A stretch of DNA of 44,701 nucleotides, the filler included, from an uncultured bacterium (GTDB taxonomy: Bacteria; AUK180), in NCBI GenBank assembly GCA_937863565.1. It is 3 parts of 3 records of this genome, joined end to end, with 100 filler letters (N's around TTAATTAATTAA, not from the genome) between each part and the next. Parts side by side here need not be neighbours in the genome. Positions count along the whole stretch, not along the records: positions 13,802 to 36,325 come from CALMGJ010000034.1; positions 36,426 to 44,701 come from CALMGJ010000035.1; 1 more part is not named here. One strand, given 5' to 3'. The notes under the pieces were generated by a model that saw only the letters and a list, made by a program, of their open reading frames with translations, was not told where the DNA came from and searched no databases. Positions 28,380 to 37,742 of the stretch are shown here, one piece after another. Each line of letters begins with the position of its first letter. The stretch's first letter is position 1. The translations under genes were made by a program, and so were the position numbers.

Positions 28380-29872
28380 AGATCCTGATCGCATCGTCCG
28401 AAGCGGTGCCTTTCGCAAAAACGGGCGGCCTGGCCGATGTGGCAGGAACACTTCCCAAGTATTTCAAAGAGGAAGGCCATGAAGTGTTCGTATTCATGCC
28501 CTTCTATAAACCGTTGATCCAGGAGAATATCGACAAGTTGCAGCTCCGTTCGAAACTGAAACATAAGGGAAACATCAATTTCAAAGTGACCCTCGGCAAT
28601 GCGGAGATGCAGTCCAAGGCCTATATTTACGAATACATGGGCATTTCCTATGTGTTCGTAGAAAAGGACGAGTTCTTTAAAAGGCCTGATCTTTATGTCG
28701 AAAGAATGACCGTGAACGGCATTGAGAAGAAAGCAGATCATCCGGATAATTTCGAACGGTTCGTGTTCTTTTCAAAAGCTGTTCTGGAGATCGCTCTTGC
28801 AATGGATATAGGACCCGATGTCATCCACTGCCATGATTGGCAGACTGCGATGATCCCGGTTTTCGCGAAAAGCGCTCTTTTCAAAGGTCGATTCCGCAAG
28901 ATACCCGTCATGATTTTAACGATCCACAATATCGCTTTTCAGGGCATATTCCCGTATTCCAAGTGGTTCCTTACTTCGCTGGACGCGTCATACTACTCTC
29001 TAGACAAGATGGAATACTGGGGCGATATCAACCTTCTCAAGGGCGGCATCATATACAGCGATGTTATCACTACCGTATCAAATCAGTACAGAAGAGAACT
29101 CCAGACAAAAGAGTACGGGGCCGGACTTGACGGCCTTCTTTCGATGAACCACGCGAAAATGTACGGAATATTGAACGGCATCGACAAGGAGGAATGGGAC
29201 CCTTTGAAGGATGAACACCTGCATCCTCTGAATTACGGCCCGGGCAATACAACAAATAAAACAAAATTCAAATTGGCTTTCTTATCCGGAGAACTGGGGC
29301 TTGAGGACACCGAGAACATGCTCCTTTCTGCCGTTACGAGGCTTACGCATCAAAAGGGGATAGATCTTCTTATAGATGCTTTTGAGGAATTGATGACACT
29401 CCCTCTAAATATCGTGATCCTCGGGAGCGGTGATGTGGATTACGAGAATAAGCTCATATATTTCAGGGAAAAATATCCGCGCAGGTTCGCATTCAGGACG
29501 GGATTCCAGAACGAACTGGCACATAAGATCTATGCCGCAGGGGATTTCTTCATCATGCCATCCCGCTTCGAGCCTTGCGGCCTCGGCCAGCTTATAGCAA
29601 TGACTTACGGGAATATCCCCATCGTCCGCCGGACCGGCGGGCTCATAGATTCTGTTGCGGACTGGGATGCCGCCAAAAGGACGGGCGAAGGGATCATGTT
29701 CAAACATGCCACCGCGGCTGACCTGCTCGCAGCCGTTAAAACGGCTTTGAGCCTCTATGCGTCAATGGATTTTAATACTCTCAGGGACAATGCGATGAAA
29801 AAGAACGTGACCTGGGCGAATTCCGCCAAGGAATATCTGAAACTATACAGGACTGAAGGAATGATGAAATGA
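28376..29872 (+). CDS. glgA: Glycogen synthase
   Basis: E..PFAKTGGLADV, HCHDWQ, TIHN..FQG, PSRFEPCGL and TGGL.D motifs. Confidence 0.97.
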   Translation: MKILIASSEAVPFAKTGGLADVAGTLPKYFKEEGHEVFVFMPFYKPLIQENIDKLQLRSKLKHKGNINFKVTLGNAEMQSKAYIYEYMGISYVFVEKDEFFKRPDLYVERMTVNGIEKKADHPDNFERFVFFSKAVLEIALAMDIGPDVIHCHDWQTAMIPVFAKSALFKGRFRKIPVMILTIHNIAFQGIFPYSKWFLTSLDASYYSLDKMEYWGDINLLKGGIIYSDVITTVSNQYRRELQTKEYGAGLDGLLSMNHAKMYGILNGIDKEEWDPLKDEHLHPLNYGPGNTTNKTKFKLAFLSGELGLEDTENMLLSAVTRLTHQKGIDLLIDAFEELMTLPLNIVILGSGDVDYENKLIYFREKYPRRFAFRTGFQNELAHKIYAAGDFFIMPSRFEPCGLGQLIAMTYGNIPIVRRTGGLIDSVADWDAAKRTGEGIMFKHATAADLLAAVKTALSLYASMDFNTLRDNAMKKNVTWANSAKEYLKLYRTEGMMK

Positions 29873-32460
29873 AAAAGTACGCGCTGTTGTTGTTGATCTT
29901 TGTCTGTGCTCTCCACTGGAGCGTTGATTATAACCTGTTCCAGGGAAGATATATCGAGGATGTCAAGTTCGTGCATGACAGGGACCTGGCAAAAAAGGAC
30001 GCCGACCTCAAATTGATACTGAAAACGGAAAAAGGCACCACATTCTCGATCAAATCTCTAAACGACGACATCAAGGACCTCTGGGATTTCGGTCTTTTCG
30101 ATAATATCCGCGTAGATGCGGAGCAGGGCAATATAGGCATCATCATCACCTTCATTCTTACCGACAGGATACGGCTTTCTTCAATTTTTTTCAAAGGCAA
30201 TAAAAATTTCTCCGATAAAAAACTACTTGAGAAATCAGAGATCTCTCAGGATAAGAACATCCTTCCCGAGTTCTATGATGAATACAAGATAACGGACGGT
30301 CTGAAGAAGATCAAGGCATATTACGGCGATAAAGGCTACTTTAATATGACCGTCTCTCATGAGATCATGTTCAATGAAGATGACGAAGCGGAAGTGACGA
30401 TCTCGATCGAGGAAGGGGAGAAGTTCTTCGTGACCGAGATCGGCATTGAGGGCAATGATAAATTCGAAGCATCCAAGATCATTTCCGAAAGCAAGATCAA
30501 GAAAAGAGCCATTCTTTCGAGCGGCTATTATGATGAACAGAAGATCGAGGACGGGCTCAACAATATCAGGGCTTTTTACAAGAAGAACGGTTATATCTCC
30601 TCGGAAGTATCCCTCGGCGATACGGAGATCAACGGCAATTCGATAAAACTTAAGATCCTCGTGACGGAAGGTAATCCTTTCAAGATAGGCGATATGAAGA
30701 TCGATCTTATAAGCGATGATTCGATCATTCCGCCTGAAAGGATCGAGGCTTCGATAAAACGGTTCAATAATGTACCCTACTCGGACGAAGCTGTGACCGA
30801 TATCATTTCTCAGGTGCGTGCCCTGTACACGGACCAGGGTTATATCAGCGTCCTGGTCGACAGTAATAAAGTGTTCGACCTGGAAAACAATAAAGTAGAC
30901 CTCATCATCAAGATCGATCAAGGGGAACAGGCCTTTATCAATGACATCAATCTGAAGCCTCTCGGTGCCGACCGCCTGAAGACCAAACCTTGGGTTCTCC
31001 TCAGGGAGATGTACGTGAAAGAGGGTGACCCGTTCTCCGTAAAAAAACTGCAGGAAACGCAGCAGAAACTTTACAATCTCAATTATTTCGATAATATTTA
31101 TCCCATCTATACGCAGGTGCCGGACAGTTCTCAGCTCGATATCACATGGTATGCCAAGGAGAAACCTACCGGACGCGCTCAGATAGGAGGCGGATATTCT
31201 AATGAAGAGGGCCTTATCGGTTTTGTGGAAGTCGGAGAATCTAATTTCCTCGGCTACGGTTTCAAGATCAATCTTAAATACGAACACAGCGCTTACAGGG
31301 AGGATTTCAACCTTAATTTCACCGATCCCTGGTTCCTGAATCCGTGGGTTCTCAAAGACCAACTCTCATTCGGGTTCGATGTGTATCACCTCACATATGA
31401 CCGTTATGAACTTTTCTACAAAGAACTTAAAAACGGCGTTTCCGTGAAACTCGGCAAGAATTTCTGGAAATATTTCCAGATCCTGTTCGAGATGAGGCAT
31501 GACGAGATCAAACTCACCGTTGAGGACGAATACCTGAAAGCGGCCCCTGCCGACGTTATATCCAATCTCGGATGGAATATTACCAATGCGTTCAGTTTGA
31601 GCCTCGTCCGTGATCAGAGGGATTATTTCTTCAACCCGACCAAGGGATCCAAATTCAGCCTGTCTACAACGCTTGCGGGTGATTTCATAGAAGGAAAGGA
31701 TAAATGGTACGGTCTGGGCGGGGACGCCCACTATCTGAAGATCGTGACTCAGGGCGAGTATTACAAACCGCTTTTCTGGAAATTCGTACTCGGTCTGAGG
31801 GCTCAGTTCGGGTATATCTACAGTTTCTCCGATCAGAAGCTGCCCCCCATCTATGAGCGTTTCTTTCTGGGCGGGGACTACTCGGTCAGAGGATACAATG
31901 AAAGGAGCATCGGATATACTGAACTGGCGTACGCCAGAGAGAACTGGAAATGGCAATACGTGATCTGGTCGGGCGGCACTGCCAGATGGGTGATCATCCA
32001 TCCCGACGGATCATATATCGATCCCTATACAGGCATAAGGATAGACAAGGAGACGGGTAAAGACCTTTATGAAAAGGTAGACAGCACATACTATCCGGAT
32101 TATGCTGTATCGTATTATCCGATCGGTGGCACTAAACTGTTCATTTTTAACGCAGAATATAAGTTCCCCATATACAGCAAGCTCTGGGGCGCCCTGTTCT
32201 ATGATGCCGGTTATGTATGGTCGGACCTGTACAGGGATCTTGACGGGAACGGCGTACTTGAAAAGGTTTACAGCGAACCGCTTTCGATTTCCAATTTTAA
32301 ATTGGTCCAATCGGTCGGTTTTGGCATAAGATTTGAAGTACCTATGCTGGGAGTTTTGAGATTGGATTACGGGATAGGACTTTCCCATCCCACGAATTCC
32401 GAGGTCGGCAAGAACTATTCGACCACAAGGCTCCATTTTACGATAGGCAATGTATTTTAA
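29869..32460 (+). CDS. bamA: Outer-membrane protein assembly factor BamA
   Basis: POTRA-type repeats, N.LG.G, ERFFLGG..SVRGY, LRLDYG and C-terminal FTIGNVF. Confidence 0.95.
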   Translation: MKKYALLLLIFVCALHWSVDYNLFQGRYIEDVKFVHDRDLAKKDADLKLILKTEKGTTFSIKSLNDDIKDLWDFGLFDNIRVDAEQGNIGIIITFILTDRIRLSSIFFKGNKNFSDKKLLEKSEISQDKNILPEFYDEYKITDGLKKIKAYYGDKGYFNMTVSHEIMFNEDDEAEVTISIEEGEKFFVTEIGIEGNDKFEASKIISESKIKKRAILSSGYYDEQKIEDGLNNIRAFYKKNGYISSEVSLGDTEINGNSIKLKILVTEGNPFKIGDMKIDLISDDSIIPPERIEASIKRFNNVPYSDEAVTDIISQVRALYTDQGYISVLVDSNKVFDLENNKVDLIIKIDQGEQAFINDINLKPLGADRLKTKPWVLLREMYVKEGDPFSVKKLQETQQKLYNLNYFDNIYPIYTQVPDSSQLDITWYAKEKPTGRAQIGGGYSNEEGLIGFVEVGESNFLGYGFKINLKYEHSAYREDFNLNFTDPWFLNPWVLKDQLSFGFDVYHLTYDRYELFYKELKNGVSVKLGKNFWKYFQILFEMRHDEIKLTVEDEYLKAAPADVISNLGWNITNAFSLSLVRDQRDYFFNPTKGSKFSLSTTLAGDFIEGKDKWYGLGGDAHYLKIVTQGEYYKPLFWKFVLGLRAQFGYIYSFSDQKLPPIYERFFLGGDYSVRGYNERSIGYTELAYARENWKWQYVIWSGGTARWVIIHPDGSYIDPYTGIRIDKETGKDLYEKVDSTYYPDYAVSYYPIGGTKLFIFNAEYKFPIYSKLWGALFYDAGYVWSDLYRDLDGNGVLEKVYSEPLSISNFKLVQSVGFGIRFEVPMLGVLRLDYGIGLSHPTNSEVGKNYSTTRLHFTIGNVF

Positions 32461-32473
32461 TTAGGAGGTCGTC

Positions 32474-33025
32474 ATGAAAAAAGTGATGCTCGTTACTGCT
32501 TTCCTTCTGGGAATGACCATGTTCGCCAACGAAGTGGCATATGTGGACGCTATGCTCGTCTTTCAGTCCGTGAACGAATTCAAGACCGCGTATGAAGAAC
32601 TTACAAGTTATTTCAATTCTGAACAGAAGAAGATAGATACGCAGAAGACACAGATCGAGAACGAATTAAAACAGCTCAATGATCAGGCTGAGGTCATGGA
32701 CAGCAAGAAAAGAGAAACGAAGACCAAAGAGCTTCAGGGCAAATACGATCTGCTGGTCAAGGATTTCCAGGCCGCCCAGGGCGAATTGAACAGAAAACAG
32801 CAGGAGCTCATGGAAAAATTCCAGCAGAAACTGACTGTGGCCGTCAATGCCGTGGCTTCCAAAGAGAACTACGACGTTGTTCTTCTCAAGGATGCCATCA
32901 TTTATGCGAATATGGGATTTGATATAACGTCCATGGTGATCAAAGAGATGAACAAGAACGCTCCCGAAGCTCCGAAGAAACCGGAAGCGCCAAAGAAATC
33001 CGGATCCAAGCAGAAGACAAAATAA
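32474..33025 (+). CDS. skp: Periplasmic chaperone Skp/OmpH
   Basis: Signal peptide, VAYVD, coiled coil, YDVVL...DIT..VIK; located between bamA and lpxD. Confidence 0.9.
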   Translation: MKKVMLVTAFLLGMTMFANEVAYVDAMLVFQSVNEFKTAYEELTSYFNSEQKKIDTQKTQIENELKQLNDQAEVMDSKKRETKTKELQGKYDLLVKDFQAAQGELNRKQQELMEKFQQKLTVAVNAVASKENYDVVLLKDAIIYANMGFDITSMVIKEMNKNAPEAPKKPEAPKKSGSKQKTK

Positions 33026-33041
33026 AGATCCCGGTACTTTT

Positions 33042-34058
33042 ATGCTCGTATCGGATATCGTCGCCAAGTATGGCGGCAGAATCTTCGGCAAAGCGGGCAG
33101 GGAGATAAAACGGCCTTCCGTAATCCAGAACGCCTCTGCCGGCGACATCACTTTTTTAGCTAATCCGCTTTACAGGAGATTTCTTAATTCACTTAAGGGA
33201 GCCGTTATCGTCTTGTCCAAGGATGATTTCTTCGAGGAGCTGGCCGGAGAGAATACCGTTATCGTAGCGGACGACCCCTATGTTTATTTCGGCACCGTTC
33301 TCGGCGAATTTGATAAAAAAGAAAAACCTTGCGGCATCTCGGGCGAAGCTTCGGTTTCCCCGTCCGCCGCGCTTGCCGGAGGAGTCTATGTCGGGCCCTT
33401 TGCGGTGATAGGCGACGGGGCAGAACTGAAGAACGGCGCGGTCGTACACGGTAATGTGCATATCGCCGCCCGAGCGGTGATAGGCGCCGGGACGGAGATC
33501 TTCCCCGGCTGTTATATTGGCGAAAGAGTAAGGATAGGACGGTCTTGCATCATCGACTCCGGAGTGAAAATAGGTACACGCGGCTTCGGCTTTCCGAGAA
33601 ACGCAAAAGGGACGATCGATATAATTCCGCAGATCGGTTCGGTCGAGATCGGCGACGAAGTGTACATAGGCGCTAATTCGACAATTGACAGAGGAACGAT
33701 CGGGGATACGAAGATCGGCTCCGGCACAAAGATCGACAACCTCGTTCAGATCGCCCATAATGTTGAGATCGGCGAATACTGCCTGATCATATCCCAGTCC
33801 GGCATAGCCGGTTCAACGAAGATAGGAGACCGTGTGACCATAGCCGCTCAGGCCGGTATCATAGGCCATCTCGAGATCGGTTCAGATGCGATCATTACCG
33901 CGCAGAGCGGGGTCACAAAAAATGTTCCTTCAGGGAAAATATATTCCGGTTCACCCGCGAGGCCCAGGGATGATGAATTGAGAAAATTGGCCGTCATAGG
34001 CAGACTGCCGGAGATATATAAGAAATTAAAGGAGATAGAAAAAAATGGCAAAGCATGA
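33042..34058 (+). CDS. lpxD: UDP-3-O-acylglucosamine N-acyltransferase
   Basis: Hexapeptide repeats, [14 protein letters not shown] and [11 protein letters not shown]. Confidence 0.97.
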   Translation: MLVSDIVAKYGGRIFGKAGREIKRPSVIQNASAGDITFLANPLYRRFLNSLKGAVIVLSKDDFFEELAGENTVIVADDPYVYFGTVLGEFDKKEKPCGISGEASVSPSAALAGGVYVGPFAVIGDGAELKNGAVVHGNVHIAARAVIGAGTEIFPGCYIGERVRIGRSCIIDSGVKIGTRGFGFPRNAKGTIDIIPQIGSVEIGDEVYIGANSTIDRGTIGDTKIGSGTKIDNLVQIAHNVEIGEYCLIISQSGIAGSTKIGDRVTIAAQAGIIGHLEIGSDAIITAQSGVTKNVPSGKIYSGSPARPRDDELRKLAVIGRLPEIYKKLKEIEKNGKA

Positions 34059-34512
34059 AAAATTCAACATTGAAGACATACTTAACCGTCTTCCGCACAG
34101 GTTCCCTTTCATAATGGTGGACAAGGTGCTCGAGATCACAGAGGAGAAGATCCGGGCAGTGAAGAACGTTTCCATCAATGAGTGGTATTTTCTCGGGCAT
34201 TTCCCCGACAGTCCCGTCATGCCCGGGGTTTTGATCGTGGAAGGTATGGCCCAGACCGGAGCCATTATGATGATGGAGAATTTCCAACTCCCGAAGAACG
34301 TGCTCGTATATTTCATGACCATAGACAAGGTCAAATTCCGGCAAATGGTCCGCCCCGGCGACCAGCTTGTCTACGAGATCACTTTAGCACACGGCGTGAA
34401 CGATAAGGTAAGACCGCGAGGGAAATTCATCGGGAAGGCTTTTGTGGACGGCGTACTTGTAGCAGAAGCTCAGATGAGCGCAATGGGAAGCGTGCCTAAG
34501 GAAGAAAAATGA
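34045..34512 (+). CDS. fabZ: 3-hydroxyacyl-ACP dehydratase
   Basis: LPHRFPF..VD and [18 protein letters not shown] motifs. Confidence 0.97.
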   Translation: MAKHEKFNIEDILNRLPHRFPFIMVDKVLEITEEKIRAVKNVSINEWYFLGHFPDSPVMPGVLIVEGMAQTGAIMMMENFQLPKNVLVYFMTIDKVKFRQMVRPGDQLVYEITLAHGVNDKVRPRGKFIGKAFVDGVLVAEAQMSAMGSVPKEEK

Positions 34513-35288
34513 AAAGCAATATTCACAAGACCGCGGTCGTTTCGAAAAAGGCGGTCATTGCTGAGGATGTCGAGATCGGTCCCTATTCGATCATAGGGGA
34601 TGATGTTATCCTAAAAAAGGGCGCCAGCATCGGAAGTCATGTGAATATCTTCAGAAACACGGAGATAGGGGAGAACTCAAAGATATATCCGTTCTCCTCG
34701 CTGGGTACGGAACCGCAGGACCTTAAATATAAAGGAGAGCGGACATTCCTGAAGATCGGAAAAGATACCGTCGTCCGCGAGCATTGCGATTTCAATCTCT
34801 CCACAGGGGAAGGCGAAACTACGCTTATCGGCGATAATTGCCTTATCATGGCTTATTCGCATGTGGCGCATAATTGCGTGATAGGCAACAGTGTGGTCAT
34901 CGCCAATGTTTGTCAGCTGGCAGGCCACGTAAGCGTTGACGATTTTGCTATTATCGGCGGCCTCGTCGGCGTTCATCAATTCTGCAGGATAGGGAAATAC
35001 AGCATGACAGGCGCTTTCGCGAGAATAAAAAAGGACGTTATCCCTTTTGCCGTTGTTGACGAAGATTCGCATACGATAAGAACATTCAATCATATCGGTA
35101 TGAAAAGGCGGGGATTCTCGGAAAAGGACATCGAGACGGTGAAGGAGATGTTCCGCCTTCTTTTCCACGCTTCGAACAATACTTCTCAGGCCATCGAGGC
35201 GATAGAGTCGACCCTTCCCGCGGATGACCCCAATGTGAACCTCGTTGTCAGTTTTATTAAAAACACTCAAAGAGGGATCATCAAATAA
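34509..35288 (+). CDS. lpxA: UDP-N-acetylglucosamine acyltransferase
   Basis: PQDLKY, HVAHNC, LAGHV and HQFCRIG motifs. Confidence 0.97.
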   Translation: MKSNIHKTAVVSKKAVIAEDVEIGPYSIIGDDVILKKGASIGSHVNIFRNTEIGENSKIYPFSSLGTEPQDLKYKGERTFLKIGKDTVVREHCDFNLSTGEGETTLIGDNCLIMAYSHVAHNCVIGNSVVIANVCQLAGHVSVDDFAIIGGLVGVHQFCRIGKYSMTGAFARIKKDVIPFAVVDEDSHTIRTFNHIGMKRRGFSEKDIETVKEMFRLLFHASNNTSQAIEAIESTLPADDPNVNLVVSFIKNTQRGIIK

Positions 35289-36229
35289 TGAGAAAAAGGG
35301 TGGCCCTCATCGGCTGCGGGAACCTGGGGCGCATTCATCTGAAATATCTTGCACAGAACAAGGATATCGAACTGAAGTTTGTCGCGGATAAAGATCCTGA
35401 AACATTGAAAAAGATCAGTGACTCATACGGTATCGGAGCATATGACGGATATGAGGGACATCTTGATGATATCGATGCCGCATTGATCGCGGCTCCGACG
35501 GAATTCCATTTTTCGATAGCCAGGGATCTCCTCGAAGCCGGGAAGGACATCTTCATAGAGAAACCTGTGACCGCTTCTATTCCCGATGCTTATGAATTGA
35601 AGCGCATTGCAGCCGGAAAAGGCCTCGTGGTACAGGTAGGCCACGTGGAACGGTATAATCCCGTTGTAAGGTACGCTGCAGGGTTCATCAAGGAACCCAT
35701 GTACATATACGGCGAAAGACTGGCGCCGATAGCCGTATCCGGAAGGATAAAGGACGTGGGAGTGATCCTTGATCTCATGATACACGATATAGACCTTGTG
35801 CTTTCTTTCGTGAATGATGAAATAGAGGACATAGAGACGGTGGGATTCTCCGCCATCTCACCCTACGATGATATGGCAACGACCAGGATCAGGTTCAAAA
35901 AAGGCTGCTATGTGATCCTTACCGTATCCAGAATGAGTTTGAAGAAAGAGAGAAAAATCAGACTGTTCCAGAGGAACATGTACTTGAGCCTTGACCTTCT
36001 CGGACTCAAGGCAAAGAAAGTTGAGGGCGATATCTCGACGATGTCGCTCAAACCCTCGATCCGGCGATTCAGAAAAAAGGAAACGCTCAGGCTCGAACAG
36101 GAGGATTTCTTCAGGTCCGTCGCGAAAAGGCAGTCACCTGCCGTCGGCCTCGACGAGGGGATCAAAGCGCTCGAGATAGCGGAAAAAATAAAAGGAGCTT
36201 TGAAACTTGAAGAAAGTGACCGTATATAA
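35288..36229 (+). CDS. Gfo/Idh/MocA oxidoreductase (GnnA-like)
   Basis: IGCGNLG, PT..H, IEKP, VGHVERYNP and DLMIHDID motifs; overlaps the lpxA stop. Confidence 0.88.
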   Translation: MRKRVALIGCGNLGRIHLKYLAQNKDIELKFVADKDPETLKKISDSYGIGAYDGYEGHLDDIDAALIAAPTEFHFSIARDLLEAGKDIFIEKPVTASIPDAYELKRIAAGKGLVVQVGHVERYNPVVRYAAGFIKEPMYIYGERLAPIAVSGRIKDVGVILDLMIHDIDLVLSFVNDEIEDIETVGFSAISPYDDMATTRIRFKKGCYVILTVSRMSLKKERKIRLFQRNMYLSLDLLGLKAKKVEGDISTMSLKPSIRRFRKKETLRLEQEDFFRSVAKRQSPAVGLDEGIKALEIAEKIKGALKLEESDRI

Positions 36230-36325
36230 TACGCTTACGGCAAAGATCGAACAGATCATTCCCATTTCGGCACCCGAGATCAAAATGTATTCGTGCGGTC
36301 CGACTGTGTACGACGATGCCCATAT
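36207..36325 (+). CDS. cysS: Cysteine-tRNA ligase, 5' fragment cut by the contig end (not in ORF track)
   Basis: TTG start after AAGGAG; reads MKKVTVYNTLTAKIEQIIPISAPEIKMYSCGPTVYDDAH, with the YNTLT and CGPTVY motifs. Confidence 0.92.
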
Positions 36326-36425
36326 NNNNNNNNNNNNNNNNNNNNNNNNNNNNNNNNNNNNNNNNNNNNTTAATTAATTAANNNNNNNNNNNNNNNNNNN
36401 NNNNNNNNNNNNNNNNNNNNNNNNN
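36326..36425. other. Artificial contig-joining spacer
   Basis: 100-nt N run with TTAATTAATTAA at 36370-36381. Confidence 0.97.
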
Positions 36426-36526
36426 CGACACCACAGCTATTATAAGTATTGAATGAAGTGGAGAATACTCAATTCGACACTATAACTATTGAAATTATAG
36501 AAAAAAGTGGAGAATAGGGGATTCGA
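36426..36526 (-). repeat. 49-bp tandem repeat including the tRNA-Ala 3' end
   Basis: 36426-36474 vs 36475-36523 align without gaps at 36/49; core AAGTGGAGAATA-N4-ATTCGA at 36456-36477 and 36505-36526. Confidence 0.75.
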
Positions 36527-36580
36527 ACCCCTGACCTCTTCCACGCCAAGGAAGCGCTCTCCCAGTTGAGCTAATTCCCC
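36508..36580 (-). tRNA. tRNA-Ala(GGC)
   Basis: GGGGAAT/ATTCTCC acceptor stem with G3:U70; anticodon arm CTTCC-TTGGCGT-GGAAG; T-loop TTCGAAT; CCA not encoded. Confidence 0.95.
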
Positions 36581-36583
36581 ACA

Positions 36584-36838
36584 TTATTCAGGAATGTCAT
36601 CCTGTTTTTCGCTAGTATCCCTTTCGATCTCATCGCTTTCGTAAAGGTGGTTGATATCGTCCCTTTCGGGGTATTCAACGGCTCCTTCGTTCTTCTTGAT
36701 CTCTTCAAGGACTTTTCTATAGTAATTAATAGCCGGCGAATCCAGATTGTTCTTTCTGTCTTCCCGCATATAATACATAAGTTTCAACGAGGCTGCCAGC
36801 ACTTGTTCGTAAATCGTATCGAACTTGTCCTTTTTCAT
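36584..36838 (-). CDS. Hypothetical 84-aa protein inside the tRNA operon
   Basis: Fills the Glu-Ala spacer almost exactly; helical N-terminus and acidic tail; purine-rich upstream region. Confidence 0.6.
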   Translation of the reverse strand: MKKDKFDTIYEQVLAASLKLMYYMREDRKNNLDSPAINYYRKVLEEIKKNEGAVEYPERDDINHLYESDEIERDTSEKQDDIPE

Positions 36839-36861
36839 CTTCTACCATCCTATGTAAAAAG

Positions 36862-36933
36862 CGTCCCCAAGGGGAATTGAACCCCTGTCGCAGACGTGAA
36901 AGGCCTGTGTCCTAACCTCTAGACGATGGGGAC
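36862..36933 (-). tRNA. tRNA-Glu(TTC)
   Basis: GTCCCCA/TGGGGAC acceptor stem; anticodon arm CAGGC-CTTTCAC-GTCTG; T-loop TTCAATT. Confidence 0.95.
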
Positions 36934-36937
36934 AGAA

Positions 36938-37010
36938 TGAGCCAAGAAGGACTTGAACCTTCGACCCACGCCTTAAAAGGGCGTTGCTCTACCAACTGAG
37001 CTATTGGCCC
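36938..37010 (-). tRNA. tRNA-Lys(TTT)
   Basis: GGGCCAA/TTGGCTC acceptor stem; anticodon arm ACGCC-CTTTTAA-GGCGT; T-loop TTCAAGT. Confidence 0.95.
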
Positions 37011-37021
37011 GTAAAGCATCT

Positions 37022-37049
37022 ATTATACCAAAATATTTCTTTAAGTCAA
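37022..37049 (-). promoter_or_regulatory. Promoter of the tRNA operon
   Basis: TTGACT-N16-TATAAT with TGn extension, 11 nt before tRNA-Lys. Confidence 0.75.
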
Positions 37050-37079
37050 ATTCTTTTTGATCTTAATGTTCCAATTCTA

Positions 37080-37742
37080 TTATATAGGCTGCGTTCCAAT
37101 ATCCCGCCATTGCCCGTCAAGGATGAAGTAATGTACAGATCTTCTTTCATCAAGGGCGCTTTTAACGAATTCAATGAATGAGATCATGCCGGTCCTTTCG
37201 TGGAAAGTCTCGGAAAAGGATTTCAGCGCCGCCGCCTTTATCAGCATGATCCCGCTGTATGTAAAGAACTCCTCAGGTTCCGCGTCCGTTACTTGCAATC
37301 CTGCGATCACGGAGATCTTTTCTCTGCCGTCAATGCCGATATCCGGGGAACCGCCGCGCACAAGTCCAAAAACGACATCGCCCGGAACTTGAAGGAGGCC
37401 CTCTATCCCGTCCTCGTAAACCACATCGCTGTTGAAAATAATAACATCCTCATAAATGGTCCTGTTCCTCAAGATATTGTTCAGTCCCCCGAACACGCCG
37501 ATAGGCTCGATTTCCCTGTAAATCGACATTCGGGGATACCGGCATGTCCGTATGAAATTTATTATCTTTCCGGAAAGGTGGCTTACATTAAGGATCGTCT
37601 CGGAAAAACACAAAGGAAAGTTAATATCTATGATGTTTTTCAGATTCTCATTCTTCCCGATCTTGATGAGCGGTTTGGGAACATACTCGGTGACGGGCCG
37701 AAGCCGTTTGCCCAGTCCGGCTGAAGGAACGAAAAGGATCAT
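37080..37742 (-). CDS. Sugar-phosphate nucleotidyltransferase (MurU/GMPP-like)
   Basis: AGLGKRLRP.T..VPKPL, NSDV and W.DIGT motifs. Confidence 0.88.
   Translation of the reverse strand: MILFVPSAGLGKRLRPVTEYVPKPLIKIGKNENLKNIIDINFPLCFSETILNVSHLSGKIINFIRTCRYPRMSIYREIEPIGVFGGLNNILRNRTIYEDVIIFNSDVVYEDGIEGLLQVPGDVVFGLVRGGSPDIGIDGREKISVIAGLQVTDAEPEEFFTYSGIMLIKAAALKSFSETFHERTGMISFIEFVKSALDERRSVHYFILDGQWRDIGTQPI

Noticed and set aside
36426..36526. Bona fide CRISPR array
   Set aside because: Only two units, the repeat is tRNA-derived, and the intervening parts are similar to each other rather than unique spacers.
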